A stretch of 64,000 nt of DNA from Perna viridis (Eukaryota), in NCBI GenBank assembly GCA_037379345.1, contig CM074514.1, forward strand, positions 10,850,001 to 10,914,000, written 5' to 3'. Each line of letters opens with the position of its first letter. Position 1 is the first letter of the stretch. Under the pieces are notes generated by a model. The model had not been told where the DNA came from. It worked only from the letters and a program-made list of their open reading frames with translations, and searched no databases. Of the stretch, positions 1 to 12,600 are shown piece after piece. The translations under genes were made by a program, and so were the position numbers.

Positions 1-430
1 ACAAAACAACATATTTTTCTGCAAGACACACTACGTCCAATGTTTATAATGGAAGGTAGACGTAGAAAATGTTTGCAATAATAAGATCAATCCTTTTAAC
101 ACTCTCTCCAAAAAGAAATACTAAAGGAAAATGAAAACCATAAATCCGTTCTTTCCTCTTTTGTCTCTCTACTAAAGACTGAAAAAAAAAAAACAACAAA
201 AAAAAAAAAAACAACAAAAAAAACAAAAAAACGCTTCTTAGCTGAATCTGCAAAATGTAAAACCAAGCCTTTTTTCGAAATAATTAACTTCCATACTTGC
301 GGCTGTCAATTAGGGTCTTCATTCTTTCAACGAAACTTGTTTCTCCCGTAGTGGTATCAGTTCAATGAAGATCCTGATAAATTCGAAAGAAATTCTTCTG
401 GAAATACTCAATGCTAGATTATTATCGGAA
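1..430 (-). mobile_element. Highly decayed Penelope-like (PLE) retroelement fragment, region upstream of the RT core
   Basis: Minus-strand remnants such as LAEKYVV (nt ~3-23) loosely resemble the pre-RT region of the PLE family better preserved at 46180-47424. Many stops and frameshifts. Confidence 0.25.
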
Positions 431-559
431 TAAAATAGCATTAAGACCAATAATTTTTCAACCCTTTAATACTACACTTCCCAATACTCAGTTGAAATCC
501 GAACTCAAAAGCATTATAAATTTTTGCAACTCTAAAAATGGTGGAATACTTAGATGCAA

Positions 560-1000
560 ATACGTAGTACTTTGAAGAGAGTATTCATACTTTGTACAAA
601 ACGATTCCAACTTTCTTTTAAATAAACTAAAGATGTTCTGGTATTATTTATCGACAACATACATGTCCAGTGTGATAGTCGTGTTTTTCTACAGACGGTC
701 GGCATTCAAATGGGAACAGATTGGTGCTCCACTTATTGCTGACATATCCCTGCAGTCTTATGAGGCTAACTGTATATCTGATCTCATCCAAAGAGAAGGA
801 ACTCAGTTTTCGTTGTATATAGGACGTTTTGCTTTTTAACAATCTTAGATTCGGGAATTCATACTTCATATCTGTCACAACAAACTTGAGATAAAGGAGA
901 CAATAGACACTATGAGCTTAGTCTCGTATTTTAACCTACTCTTCAAGGTCGATGCAGGTGGAAAACTCACGACTTAATATACGTCAAATGCGACATAAAG
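560..1000 (+). mobile_element. Decayed Penelope-like reverse transcriptase fragment
   Basis: GAPLIADISLQSYEANCISDL (ORF 633-839) and LEIKETIDTMSLVSYFNLLFKVDAGGKLTT (~885-974) match the PLE RT motifs GTNCAPLLADLFLYSYE and LEIKxTTxxxxSASYLDL. Disrupted by stops and frameshifts. Confidence 0.6.
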
Positions 1001-1355
1001 CCACATGGCAAATATTCTTAACATTGCATCTGTTTTCTGATTTTTGCATGGAAAGAAATAATGATAAATAGTTTATGATTTGATAGCATATTTTGATTTT
1101 TAGTTGTAATTTGCAAAGAAACAAAACAAATATAGATGATGAATTTTCAAAATATTTATATATCTTTTACTTGGTTTGACTACTTATTTTTCTTTGATTC
1201 TATATGTTTCTAACTGAAATATACCTTTTAAATAAACTGTTATGGAAGCGCGCCACAAAACCTGTTTTAAAACAACATTTCCTGTTTAGTTGTGTAACTA
1301 CCTTTTATTTTCAAATAATTTACCAAACGTCTTTAAAGCTTGAGTAATCGGGGCA

Positions 1356-1527
1356 AAGGAAAACCTTATCATGTACCTATACACAAGATTGAAGGGAAAC
1401 CTTATCATGTACCTATACACAAGATTGAAGGGAAACCTTATGTACCTATACACAAGATTGAAGGGAAACCTTATCATATACCTATATACAAGATTGAAGG
1501 GAAACCTTATCATATACCTATATACAT
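1356..1527. repeat. 36-bp minisatellite, ~4.7 copies
   Basis: Unit GGGAAACCTTATCATGTACCTATACACAAGATTGAA. One copy lacks 3 nt and later copies carry G>A/C>T changes. Explains the repetitive ORFs 1298-1579 and 1340-1531. Confidence 0.9.
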
Positions 1528-2117
1528 TTAAACATATCAAATAATCAAAGCAATTATAATAAAAGTAGCTTGAAATCAAAATGGATGTTAAACTTTATTT
1601 ATATATGTCTATATCAGTGATAGGTAGAAACATATTTGGTTCATAAATGTTATATAATAATGCACTGTATTTAAGAATACTCATTCTATCAATATTTTGG
1701 CTTGGCTTGCTAACTCCTTCGTTTAGTCTTTGATAAAATATACGACTAAAGGCAAAACAATCATAAGTCGTTTTACTTAGAAATTGAGTAAATGTAAAGG
1801 GACTTTTCAGTGAGACTTCTTAATAAGAGTTTGGGAAAATAAAAATTCACATTGTTTAAGTAAGGTACTTACAACCCTTTGTAGATAGGTCAGCAACATT
1901 CCAATGTTCATTGCTCAAACTAAATAGCATATAGGTAACCATTTCATTGAACGACTAAACTAAACAAATGCAGTTTAAATGCTTAATGAAAGCAGGTTTT
2001 TGATAAAAGTGTTCAATCATTACGCTTTATAGTGCTCGTAATTTGCAATCCATGAGAACTTCTAACATATAATTCCAATTTATGGAGCGTGGCTGAACTG
2101 CACTTCGGACCTTTAGA

Positions 2118-2620
2118 ATGGAATCATATATGCTCTTTGCTTCCTGTGTTGCAAGTAAGTAAATTTGTTTCTTAACAAACCTGTTCAAATTTTCCAACAT
2201 TGGAAACCAATATATTTGTACCTATCGCATTGTAGTTTCAATACATCATTACTCTTCATAACATTTCACTTTTTTTCTTTGTTTTGTCCGTTTCTTTTTT
2301 ATTATTTTTCAAATTTATTTAACTTACTTTCAAGATGCAAGAATGTCAACTAGCCATACCATAAACATTTTTGAATTAATTAAAAATATTAAATTTCTAT
2401 GTGGTTTGCCTTTGTTTTCATTGCAGGTATGGTTGTTACCAATGCCAGATGGATCTTTCTGAAAAGGAGAATTCGGATATTATGGTTGTGAATCGGTGTG
2501 TCGTCTCTATCAATGTTATGGTTATGGAGTGTCAACAATGACTGGTTTTGTTGTACTGAGTGTACTGGCTATAAGGATAAAAGAGTTGCGTTTATAGGGA
2601 ACGGATTTTTACCGCGTTAG
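2118..2620 (+). pseudogene. Candidate small secreted Cys-rich (mytilin/myticin-like) peptide gene, apparently frameshifted; exons 2118-2154 and 2427-2620
   Basis: ATG 2118, donor A|GTAAGT at 2154/2155, acceptor TTTTCATTGCAG|GT at 2426/2427, phase 1 compatible. Gives a signal-like MESYMLFASCVASMVVTNA. A Cys array CESVCRLYQC...WFCCTEC is split over two frames, with an in-frame TGA at 2489-2491. Confidence 0.35.
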
Positions 2621-3051
2621 CTGGCAACACATATTTTCGTTGTTTTCATTTGATTTTGCTATTTGTGTATTGTGTAGATTTGATTGATTGTTTTATTTGT
2701 CTTTTGCCTTTAGAATGTAGATGTCGCTTTAACGATGTTTGTCCTAGAATTTATAAATTATCATATTCGTGTATACTTATGTCTTGTTCAAATTGTGACT
2801 CATTTTTTCAGATGATATATATTGTCTGTGACTGCATTTTTTTGTTCGTATTTGCTTTCTATCCGCTATTTTTTGTTTTTGTTTTCTTGTTTGATATTGT
2901 GTGTATGTTATTATTTTTATTAAAGAAATCTTATTGGGTTTTTCGTTGTTCTTACAATATTCAACTCTTGAAATCCATATAGATATATGACCACGTATCA
3001 ATATAAAAAAAACCAAAAAAAAAGCAATCAAGTTGTTTTTTTTTATCATCA

Positions 3052-3057
3052 TTTATT
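3052..3057 (-). terminator. Putative polyadenylation signal (AATAAA) of the myosin heavy chain gene
   Basis: TTTATT on + at 3052-3057, ~570 nt downstream of the inferred stop at 3623, with a T-rich tract ~30-50 nt further downstream on the minus strand. Confidence 0.45.
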
Positions 3058-3622
3058 CAATTGCATGGTATGAAATGAGGAAATAAACAACCGTAACATA
3101 ACATTGAAAAGGTCATACGAACTGACAAAACACAGTTACATGTACAATGAATCGTTGATTAAATTCAATAAGTGAATTAAAGGTGAAATAAATAATAATT
3201 CACTCCACATGTAAATGCAACTAAATCGTCCTTGTCACTTTCCACATATGCTACATCAGCTAAGGTAAAAATAGAATTATCTCCCTTTCCACAATCTGCA
3301 AGAGAAAAGAGGTTGAATATTTCTTTAGGTTTCAATTAGAACGAAATAGAATATTTAATTATTCATGCTGAAACTATGTATGCAACAAACACTTTTACGT
3401 TTTTTTAACTGATTTGTTTGGATTATGGAGTCCCTTCTCTGCTACAGATGAGAAACCAAATAAAGATGATAAACGTTTCAAAACATAAATACAGTATATG
3501 GAAGCAATAAAAAATAGAACACTAAATACATTGACTGCGTATGAAATCCAAATTGATATTCATAATTAAAGAAAATTGTTCTCACCATTGTAAGTTTACT
3601 GTTTAATCAACCATCCTCCATA

Positions 3623-6600
3623 TTACTTCTGTAAAAAAAATAAAACATGTTTCATCTCTTTCATTGTTATCAATTTGCATTTGTCTTAAATGGTTCACCA
3701 ATCTGACAGGTGATAAATACCAGCTACCAGATACTTATATGTACTGTAATTTTATTCATTATTGTCAGTAATTTATCAAAGGAATCAACAATTTTGCAAA
3801 GAAATGTAAATTATAAATATCAGAAGAATGAAGTTGAGCTACCTAATACTCATTTGAAATGATTTGTCAACTTGACTACTACTTCATACGTTAGTCTATA
3901 TCAAATGTTAACAATCAAGGTAAACGGAATAAAATTCATAATACTCACAAAAGGGCTGGCTCTGCTGACAGATACACTTTTGACAGTTCTAGTCGTGGAT
4001 ACTGAGCTACGGTTTCTTGTTCTAAGTTTTGTCAAAGATGCTTCTGTACTCTCAGCACGTTCCTCGGCATCCTCGAGCTCACTCTGAGCTTTGCGGTATT
4101 TAGACAGATTGATAGCAGCAATTTCTTCCTGCAATTTCAAAGCAAAGATTTCTTAATAGTTGAGTAGTTTTCGTTATATAAATCGAAAAATAAAATTTCT
4201 TCCTGCAATTTCAAAGCAAAGATTTCTTAATAGTTGAGTAGTTTTCGTTATATAAATCGAAAAATAAAATTTTCAATTGAGCCTTCAACTTGGAAATCCA
4301 CTTTTTCAAGTGATGTTTCTGTACTAAGCGAAAATACTGACTGTTCATTAGTCTATGCTATTTATCTTTGTCAAATTCTGTTCATTGTTATTTTTGTTGG
4401 TATTATACAGTGTATTATTATAACGAAATAATGTTATGATTAATAAACTGAAAGTATTCGAAAATGTTCATGCCATTATACAATGTTTAGTAATAATATG
4501 ATATAACAGTTTGCTTACATAGTTGGAAAAATAGGTCTTGGAACTGTGCAAACAATATCTTTCTCATATTCATGTTTTAAGAAATAAACTGTCTTTTAAG
4601 TAGGAACTAATACTTACAGCTTCCTCAACCTGGCGCTTGTATGTCTTGACCTTTGCGTTGAGTTTATCAATCATGTCCTGGAGTCTTTCATGAACCTTGC
4701 GATCTTCGTCGCACTGGAATGCCAATTCCTTCATTCTGCGGTCAGCTTTGCGCATATTCTTCTGTGTCTCAGCATGACGACGTTGTTCTCCATCAAGTTC
4801 ACCTTCCAAGTCACGTACCTACGAGTAAATAATTGTAAGAAGATATAATGAAAAAATTCTTGAAAGAGATTTTTAAAAATAGCATAGTATTGATCATGCA
4901 GAAGTTGATTTCTACGAAAATATCATGAGAATATTTCAAATGCTACATAGTATATACACATTTAAAAATCAGACAGGCTAGTGTGATGTTATATAATTTT
5001 TGATAAATACTTTGTAGATAATACAATAACTTACTCTTTGTTCAAGTTTAGCAATGACTTTCCTTCCTCCCTTTGATCCACTGGTTTCGGCTTCCTCAAC
5101 ACGAACGTGCAATTCTTTGATGGTGATTTCCAAAGATTTCCTCATTTTCTCGATCTGAGCGCTATGTTCTTGTTCAGCTCTAAGCTCATCGGCGATCCTG
5201 GTAGCATCCATTAGTGCTCTCTTTGCACGGTCATCAGCACCCTTGATTTCGCTCTGCAGCTCATCGAGGTCAGCCTGAAATTAAAGTTACTGTAGCTAAA
5301 AATTTATATAATTTAATTTAACTAAATGATTAAAGTACTAAAACTAGAAGCTGTTACTTAACATTAAAGGCATTCAGAAGTTTTGGATAAATAGAAGTTA
5401 CTTATCATCTTCAAATGTATAAATTCATAAGTACTTACAGCCATGGCTTGCATGTCTCCTTCAACCTTCCTTCTCTGAGCTTGTGCAGAGCTAACTTGGG
5501 CAGACAGCTCGTTAATACGGTCTTGTGCTTGATAGAGTTCTCCCTCAGCGACTTTTCTTGCTCGCTCCGACTGTTCCAAAGCAGATCTGACTTCGTCAAT
5601 CTCACTAATGAGGACATTACATCTTCTCTCAGTTAAGACGTATGATTCACGTGATTCATCACGGAAACGTGATTCTTCCTCGACCTTCCTCTGCATCTCC
5701 TGGATGTTAACAATGTATCTTTTTACTGTCTTCTCTGCTTCAGCCTTGGCTCTGTTGGCAGAATCAAGTGCCATTTCCAACTCATTAATGTCTTGTTCAA
5801 GCTTCTTTCTGACTCTGGAGGACTCAGCTTTGCCTTTAGCTTCAGATTCAAGACTTATCTGCATGGATTCAAGAGCCCTCTGGTGGTTGCGACTGTAATG
5901 TAAAAATATAGTTCTTTTTATGAATTCCTCTAATTTTGCATTCGTTTTTTTTTTATTTTCTCTTTTTCTCCTTATCTATATAATATTGTGTATATTTTAG
6001 GATGCAATTTTAAATCAATCAGTTATTCCGACGAATGGTTTAAGCTACATCAATTCAAGACCACTTCAACCTTTCATCTTTATTAAATTGTTTCGACCGA
6101 GTCCCATCCAATGCCATATTTAAGAAAATACTTCTAAGCCTTACCGTGTGTTCTCAAACTCTTCTTCTTTTTCACGGATACGTCTATCGATTTCTTGTCT
6201 AACAGTTGAAATTTCCAACTGCACGCGCATCACCTTGGCCTCCTCTTGTTCAAGAGCAGATTCAGCTTCTTCTAAGGCAGCCTGGAGCTCTTCCTTCTCC
6301 ATCTCGAGACGTCTTTTTGCTTTTTCGACTTCATGAACGTTCCTTCCACCATCGCTAAGTTGGTCGGTCAATTCACGGATTTCATCTGAAATAAAATAAA
6401 TGTATTAGTTTGGAACCATATCGCTTTTCATAATTATGGCCTTGTATTATTTTAACAGGTTCTTTATAAACTTTTCTTCGTCTTCATGGAGCAATTATTT
6501 TTAAGTAAACTATATTTTACAAAACCTTATATATCATGACATACCAGCAAGACTCTTGTTCTCTCTCCTGAGGGATTCAATAGAAGTGTTGCTTTCCTCG

Positions 6601-9600
6601 AATTGAGCTTTGCATCTGAAGAGTTCAGCAGAATAGCTACGAGCCTCGGCATGAGCTGTGTCGACCTCGTTCTGAAGTTCTTTGACCTTGACGGTCCATT
6701 CTTGGATGGTCCTGTCAAACTGTCTCTGCTTCTTCTCAAGTGTGCTTGAGCTGACGTTGGACTAAAGAATTATAAAATCATATGAAAATAAATGTTTCCT
6801 CATCTCACATGTGTACGATTACAAGTAAAGTCTTTCGAATTCAGATCAAACAATAGATTTAGTGCTTTTGCAAATGAATATATGCGACTTACTCTTTCGA
6901 CTTCAATCAGCAGGTCATCGAGCTCCCCTTGGAGTCTATTTTTAGCCTTCTCCAAACCACTGGCCTTGGCGTTAGCAGCTTCTGCGCTCTGTTCAGCTTC
7001 AGCCAATCTGGCAGCCAATTTGCGCCTGAAATCAATAGTATAAAAATATACATTTAGACGAACTGTATTTTAAATTCACTTACAATGTACATTACTGTTG
7101 TAATATTTCAAAACCTAGACTATGAACAGCACAAAATTAAAAAAAAAGAAAGATCTACATCACGAGTTCATAATTATAATAAATAGTAATAATAACATAT
7201 AATGTCGATTTGTTTTATTAAAAACTAACTTAGCTTCTTCCAGCTCGTCAGTCTTAGATGTACCCTCAGACTCAAATCTAGATCTCCATTGCTGGGCTTC
7301 GTTCTTAGCTCTGGACAATTGGCGCTGAAGATCGCTCTTGGATTCTTGTTCCTCTTCAAATGCTTCACGGAAAGCATCGACATCAGCGTTCATGTTTCTG
7401 ATCTCGCTCTGCAGTTTTTGGCGCATCTGTGAAAAAAAGTGAATAAAAGAACCGTAATTAACAAATTTATTAAAGGAAAATTTTATCTCCACTTATTCAA
7501 AACTAATATACTGTACGTTATGTTGATTCTAGTTAATTTAATATGAAGTATGTGTTTTAGGTGTACATTAATACATAATACTGTACTCAAACATTCCATT
7601 TTATTAAAGAAATGGTAAATTACCCTTGTCTCGTCCTCAAGACTACGTCTTGCTTCTTCAAGTTGGTGACTGATAGATGATTTGTCTTTTGTGAGAGCAC
7701 CAATGTTGTGTTCAGCATCTTCCAGTTGACGGTTGAGATCAGCAACCTCGCTCTGGAGTCTGGCTTTCTGTGAGTTTACGTCAACAATGGTCCTCTGACT
7801 TTCCTCGACTCTGCTGTTCATTTCAGAGATCTGAACTTCCATCTGCTTGGCAACCTTGTCGGAGACGCCCTTGTTTTTCATGGAATATTGTACTTGGCTT
7901 TGAACATCATCTAACTCACGTTTAAGATCTTTTTTCTCCTTTTCGAGTCTTGCCTTAACTTTGTTTAAACCATCAATTTGATCGGCTAACTCGCTAGCTT
8001 GGTCTTGTGCCTTCTTTCGAAGCTGAGCGATTTGAGACTCGTTTTGTAGTGTTTGCTCTTCCATTTCACGGCGAATTCTGATCAACTCTTGCTCACGTTT
8101 CTTATTCAAGTCGACCTGAGCCTGTGTGGCTCCGCCTTGTTCTTCCAATTGAACACTGATCTCATCTAACTCTCTGGACAGTTCTGATCTCTGTTTCTCA
8201 GCCTATAATAACACATTTGAAAATTAATGTAGATTCTTTACACACCAAAGTTTTCAGCGTCTTCATTTTATATAGATATGTTAACGTTACATTCTCATAT
8301 CATATAATGATTCACAAAGATTCTTCATTAGTATTAAATGTATTATGGAAGACTGCTGTACGGCCATCTGCCAGTGATTCCGAAGGTTTTCAGAGATTTG
8401 GATGATATACAAAATGTGTAGGTACAGTATTTGTCTTCGAGTAAGGAAGATTAGTTTCGTTTTTCATGGCTTTTTTTATTTTCAATTAAGAATTGAGGGA
8501 CTTTAATCAGTATGAATATCTTATGATTTAAAGCTTCTGCTTGGTAGTCCATACCTTAGCTCTTGCTGCTCTCTCAGATTCAAGTTCCTCTTCCAACTCA
8601 TCAATAGTTGATAAGAGGTCTTTAATCTTTCTGTTTTGTTGAGCATTTACACCTTCACATTCTTCAATTCTGGAGTTGAGCATGTTTATTTCACCGTCTT
8701 TCCTACAAATTGTTGATCAAACATCGTTTAAAAACATTCAGTGAATTACTTTCAGGTAACTATTTCTGTCAACAAAAATAACTTGTTAGAATTTCATATT
8801 TCAAATTGCTTGTAAGTTTGGTTTATTCATTTTTTTTTATTTCTAGAAGAGAAAATTTGATGGACTATTTTGTTCAAGTTCAACCAAAATTAATATATAT
8901 TTTTTTTTGATTTGACCAATCACGAACATTGATGATCAGACCAAATATATAAACTGTATACATACACCAACATAGTAAAGATCAGCTAAGTGTCTGCACT
9001 CTATTTATTACCCATCATTTCTACTGACAAATCAGTAAATATCTGCAAAAAATTAGGACTCTGCAAAGAGAAACCATATAACCTAAACACTAAACGGGAC
9101 AGTATCATTTTAAATCGTCTTACTTTCTGTTGGCTTCCTCTAGGTCTCTCTTATTGCCTTCTAGTTCTTCCACCACATCTTGTGTTGCTTTGAGATCTTG
9201 CTCAACCTTGCGTTTTGCCTTTTCGACATCTCCTCTGATTTTCTTTTCTCTTTCCAAGTTGTCTTCGAACTCGTCCAGAGTCTGTTCCAGCTTGTTCTTA
9301 ACTTTATTGAGATGGTTGACCTTATCTTCTTCCTTTTGAAGATCATCAATTGTCTTCTTTTGCAATTCTTCCAAGTTCTTTTTCTCCTTGTTCAATTTAC
9401 CAATATGCTCGTCTTGTTGAGCCATCTCACCCTGGAGAGTCTTGATTTGATTGTCTTTTGTTGTTTTGTCATGTTCAGCCTATGTTAATTCAATAAAATC
9501 ATGCTTAATGATAGTTTACATGTCAAATTATAGCAAAACAGACTAGAAAAACAATACTTACTAACTTGATACCCCCACTAACCAACATGGTGACCTCCAT

Positions 9601-12600
9601 ATTGATTTGGGTTAAAATATAAAGTTGGAAGAGTAATCAAGGGAACCAAGGTTATAGCGGTAATCAAAAGAATGTAATCCAGGGACAAAGACCAGACATG
9701 GAAAACAGACATACACAACAAAGAACTTAAAGTAACTAAAATCATTAGAGGTGCACAATGCGAACATGAAAGAAAGATTATGTAAAAGTTTCATTTAATT
9801 CTATTCAGTGTTGTTTTAGAATGAGTAATGGATAAGGGATGTCTCCATGTCCCCATATTTACAAATGACAAAGTCCATGTTTTGCATTGTGAAACCCCCA
9901 AATTGATTTGGAACAAAATCTAAGATACAAGTTGCAAAATGGGAACGTAATAATAAATTTTCAGTGGTGTAGGAGAAGTTACAGATTAGAGATGAGTTCC
10001 TCCTGTGTAACGGACGGAAGGAAGGAAGGAAGGGCAGACGGACAGACACCCATATCACTATATACCACCCAATTTGCAATTGGGGTGTAATAGATAGCTA
10101 AATTACGTGGTTGCTTACTTTTCCGTGTACAAATGATTAATTTTTATTTCAGTTTTATGTATGTTTTGTACCTTAGCCAGTGTGGTTTCTAGATCTTCAA
10201 TATCTCTCTTGAGTTCCTGGTTGGACTCCTCCATCTTTTTCTTAATACCCTCTAACTCAGCAGCGGCATCTTCTTCATCCAAAAGGCGTTCTTCCATTTC
10301 CTTCATCTGGGCCTCAAACTCACATTTCTGGTTGACGAGCTGTTGAACTCTCTCTTCAAGATCAATAACAGTGTCTTCCTGTGTTTGTAATTGCAAGAAA
10401 AGATCATTTTTCTGCTCCAACAATTCGACGTTCTTGATTTCAAGTTCTTTCTTGATCTTTTCAGTTTTAGACAAATCTTCTTCCATCTTTTTCATCATCT
10501 CCATTTTCTTTTGCATTTCTTCCTCCTCTCTGGCATAGTTCAACATAGGTTTGACCTTTGCGTACAGTTTCCACCATTGCCAGTTGCGGAGCAAGAGCCA
10601 CTTTCTGATGTTACGCTGGATGACAGACAGGCCGACTCTGTAGAAAAAAAAATAATTTTCAATAATTTGAGCATGTGGTAGTTATGCCGCTTTATCGATT
10701 TCGAATTATACTAAGTATAAAACTACTTAAAAAAATGTAGAAATTTAACAAGTTTTTCAAGCAAAAAAGGGGACTTCTTGACCAGACCTCCTTGCTTCCG
10801 CCAATGATTTAAAATATTTCAATACTTGTATCTTCCATAGATATGGTATATTTCAATGAACTACCAGTATATAAGTGATGTATGTAATGTCTTTCTTTTT
10901 ATTATATAACATTTCGACAACATTCTTACCTCTGGTCCTGGAGTTTCTTGTATGCCTTTCTGATAAGGTATCCTCTGATGTGAGCTTGGAACATAGATAC
11001 AATAGCACCAAGACGCTCATCGCGCATGTTTTCCAAGTTACCAAGGACACCAGCTTTGAAGAAGACTTTGGTGTTTCCGAGTTTGTATTCTGCTGGGTCC
11101 AACTGAAGAGCGAGGAGAACTTTCTCTGTGACAACCTTGCCGTCAACGAATCCCTGTGGAACAGCATTTGGAGCTAAGATGGAGTATCTCTGTTTGAACT
11201 CTGCGTAAATGATTCTGCTTGGGTATCCCTTACGGCAGATACGGATTCCTTCCAGTACACCGTTACATTGGAGCTGGTTCAAAACCAATTCAGCATCAAT
11301 AAGACCAGGCTGTTTCATTTCGTTTGGAATGATACATCTGACAAAGTGAGGGTGAGTGCTGTACAAGTTTTTCATCAACTTGTTCAGTGACTCCTGTAAC
11401 ACAGACACAAGAAACTATATGATATCAGGTAAGTACTTACATGTAGTAAAGTAAGGTTTACCAAAATTAAATTATATATATGTAAGTCAGTATGAGAAAG
11501 GTGTTACTTGCACCCAATCAATATAACGCATGAAATCATAAACATTCACATTTCTAACATGGAATAACCATCCATGTATTGCCCAGTTAAGTTCCAGATA
11601 TTTCAAGAACTTATGAAATCTGTTTACCCTGTGGACAGCAGAGATGGTCTGGAAAGCAGAAGACTTCTTCTTCTTTTTAGCGCCTCCAGCTGCCTCAGCA
11701 CCTTCAGGTGGAGCGAACAAAGTAACAACCAAGTGCTCTTTGGATCCTTGCAAAAGTTCGACGACAGTCTCGTTAATGGGATCCTTGTTTTTGTCTAACC
11801 AACCAGCAATGTTGTATGGTACCTGTATCAAAAATAATCATATAAAATTCAATTAAATTCAACTTGTATGATCGCTATTTCTTGGAATTAAAATGTGTAG
11901 TTATTTTTTCTACCGTATGTGTACATCACACGACACTATTCAGATACGAGTACCTACTGAACTATTAGAAATCTTGAAGTTGATAAGTCATTATGATATA
12001 AATCATTCACTTACTTAGAACATCGACAACTATCGAAATAAGGAATGTCATCACCGATCAATATGAATAAAGTCAACGCTTAAATAGAACAAGATATGAA
12101 CATTTTACTTACGCTACCAGCGTAATGATGAAGTTCAAAGTCACCATTCTTTCCTTTGGCTGCCTTTCCTGGTTTGGTGAAGTTAGGAGATTTTCCCATG
12201 TGGTTTGAGAACAGCATTTCTTTGAAGGATTTGTCGTCAGCTTTGGGGAACATGCACTGTTCTTCTAAGATGGACAAGATACCCATTGGCTTCTCAATAA
12301 GTTCGATACAGGCTTGCAAGTCCATACCGAAGTTGATGAACTCCCACTGAATTCCTTCCTTCTTATATTCTTCCTGTTCCAAGACGAACATGTGATGGTT
12401 GAAGAACTGCTGCAGTCTCTCGTTGGTGTAATTAATACACAATTGCTCAAAAGTGTTGAACTGCAAGATAAATGCAAATTCTATACATAATTCAAACACT
12501 AACTTAAGGTTTGTTATTACGTTCCCGAACTACTGGTATCTTAAACAATATAAGACTGAAAAATGTTTGTAGTTGATATGAAAACATTTAACCATGTCCT

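Noticed and set aside
2489-2491. In-frame TGA as selenocysteine
   Set aside because: I saw no SECIS-like stem-loop downstream, and the read-through segment has no selenoprotein-like context. Frameshifting explains the Cys pattern better.
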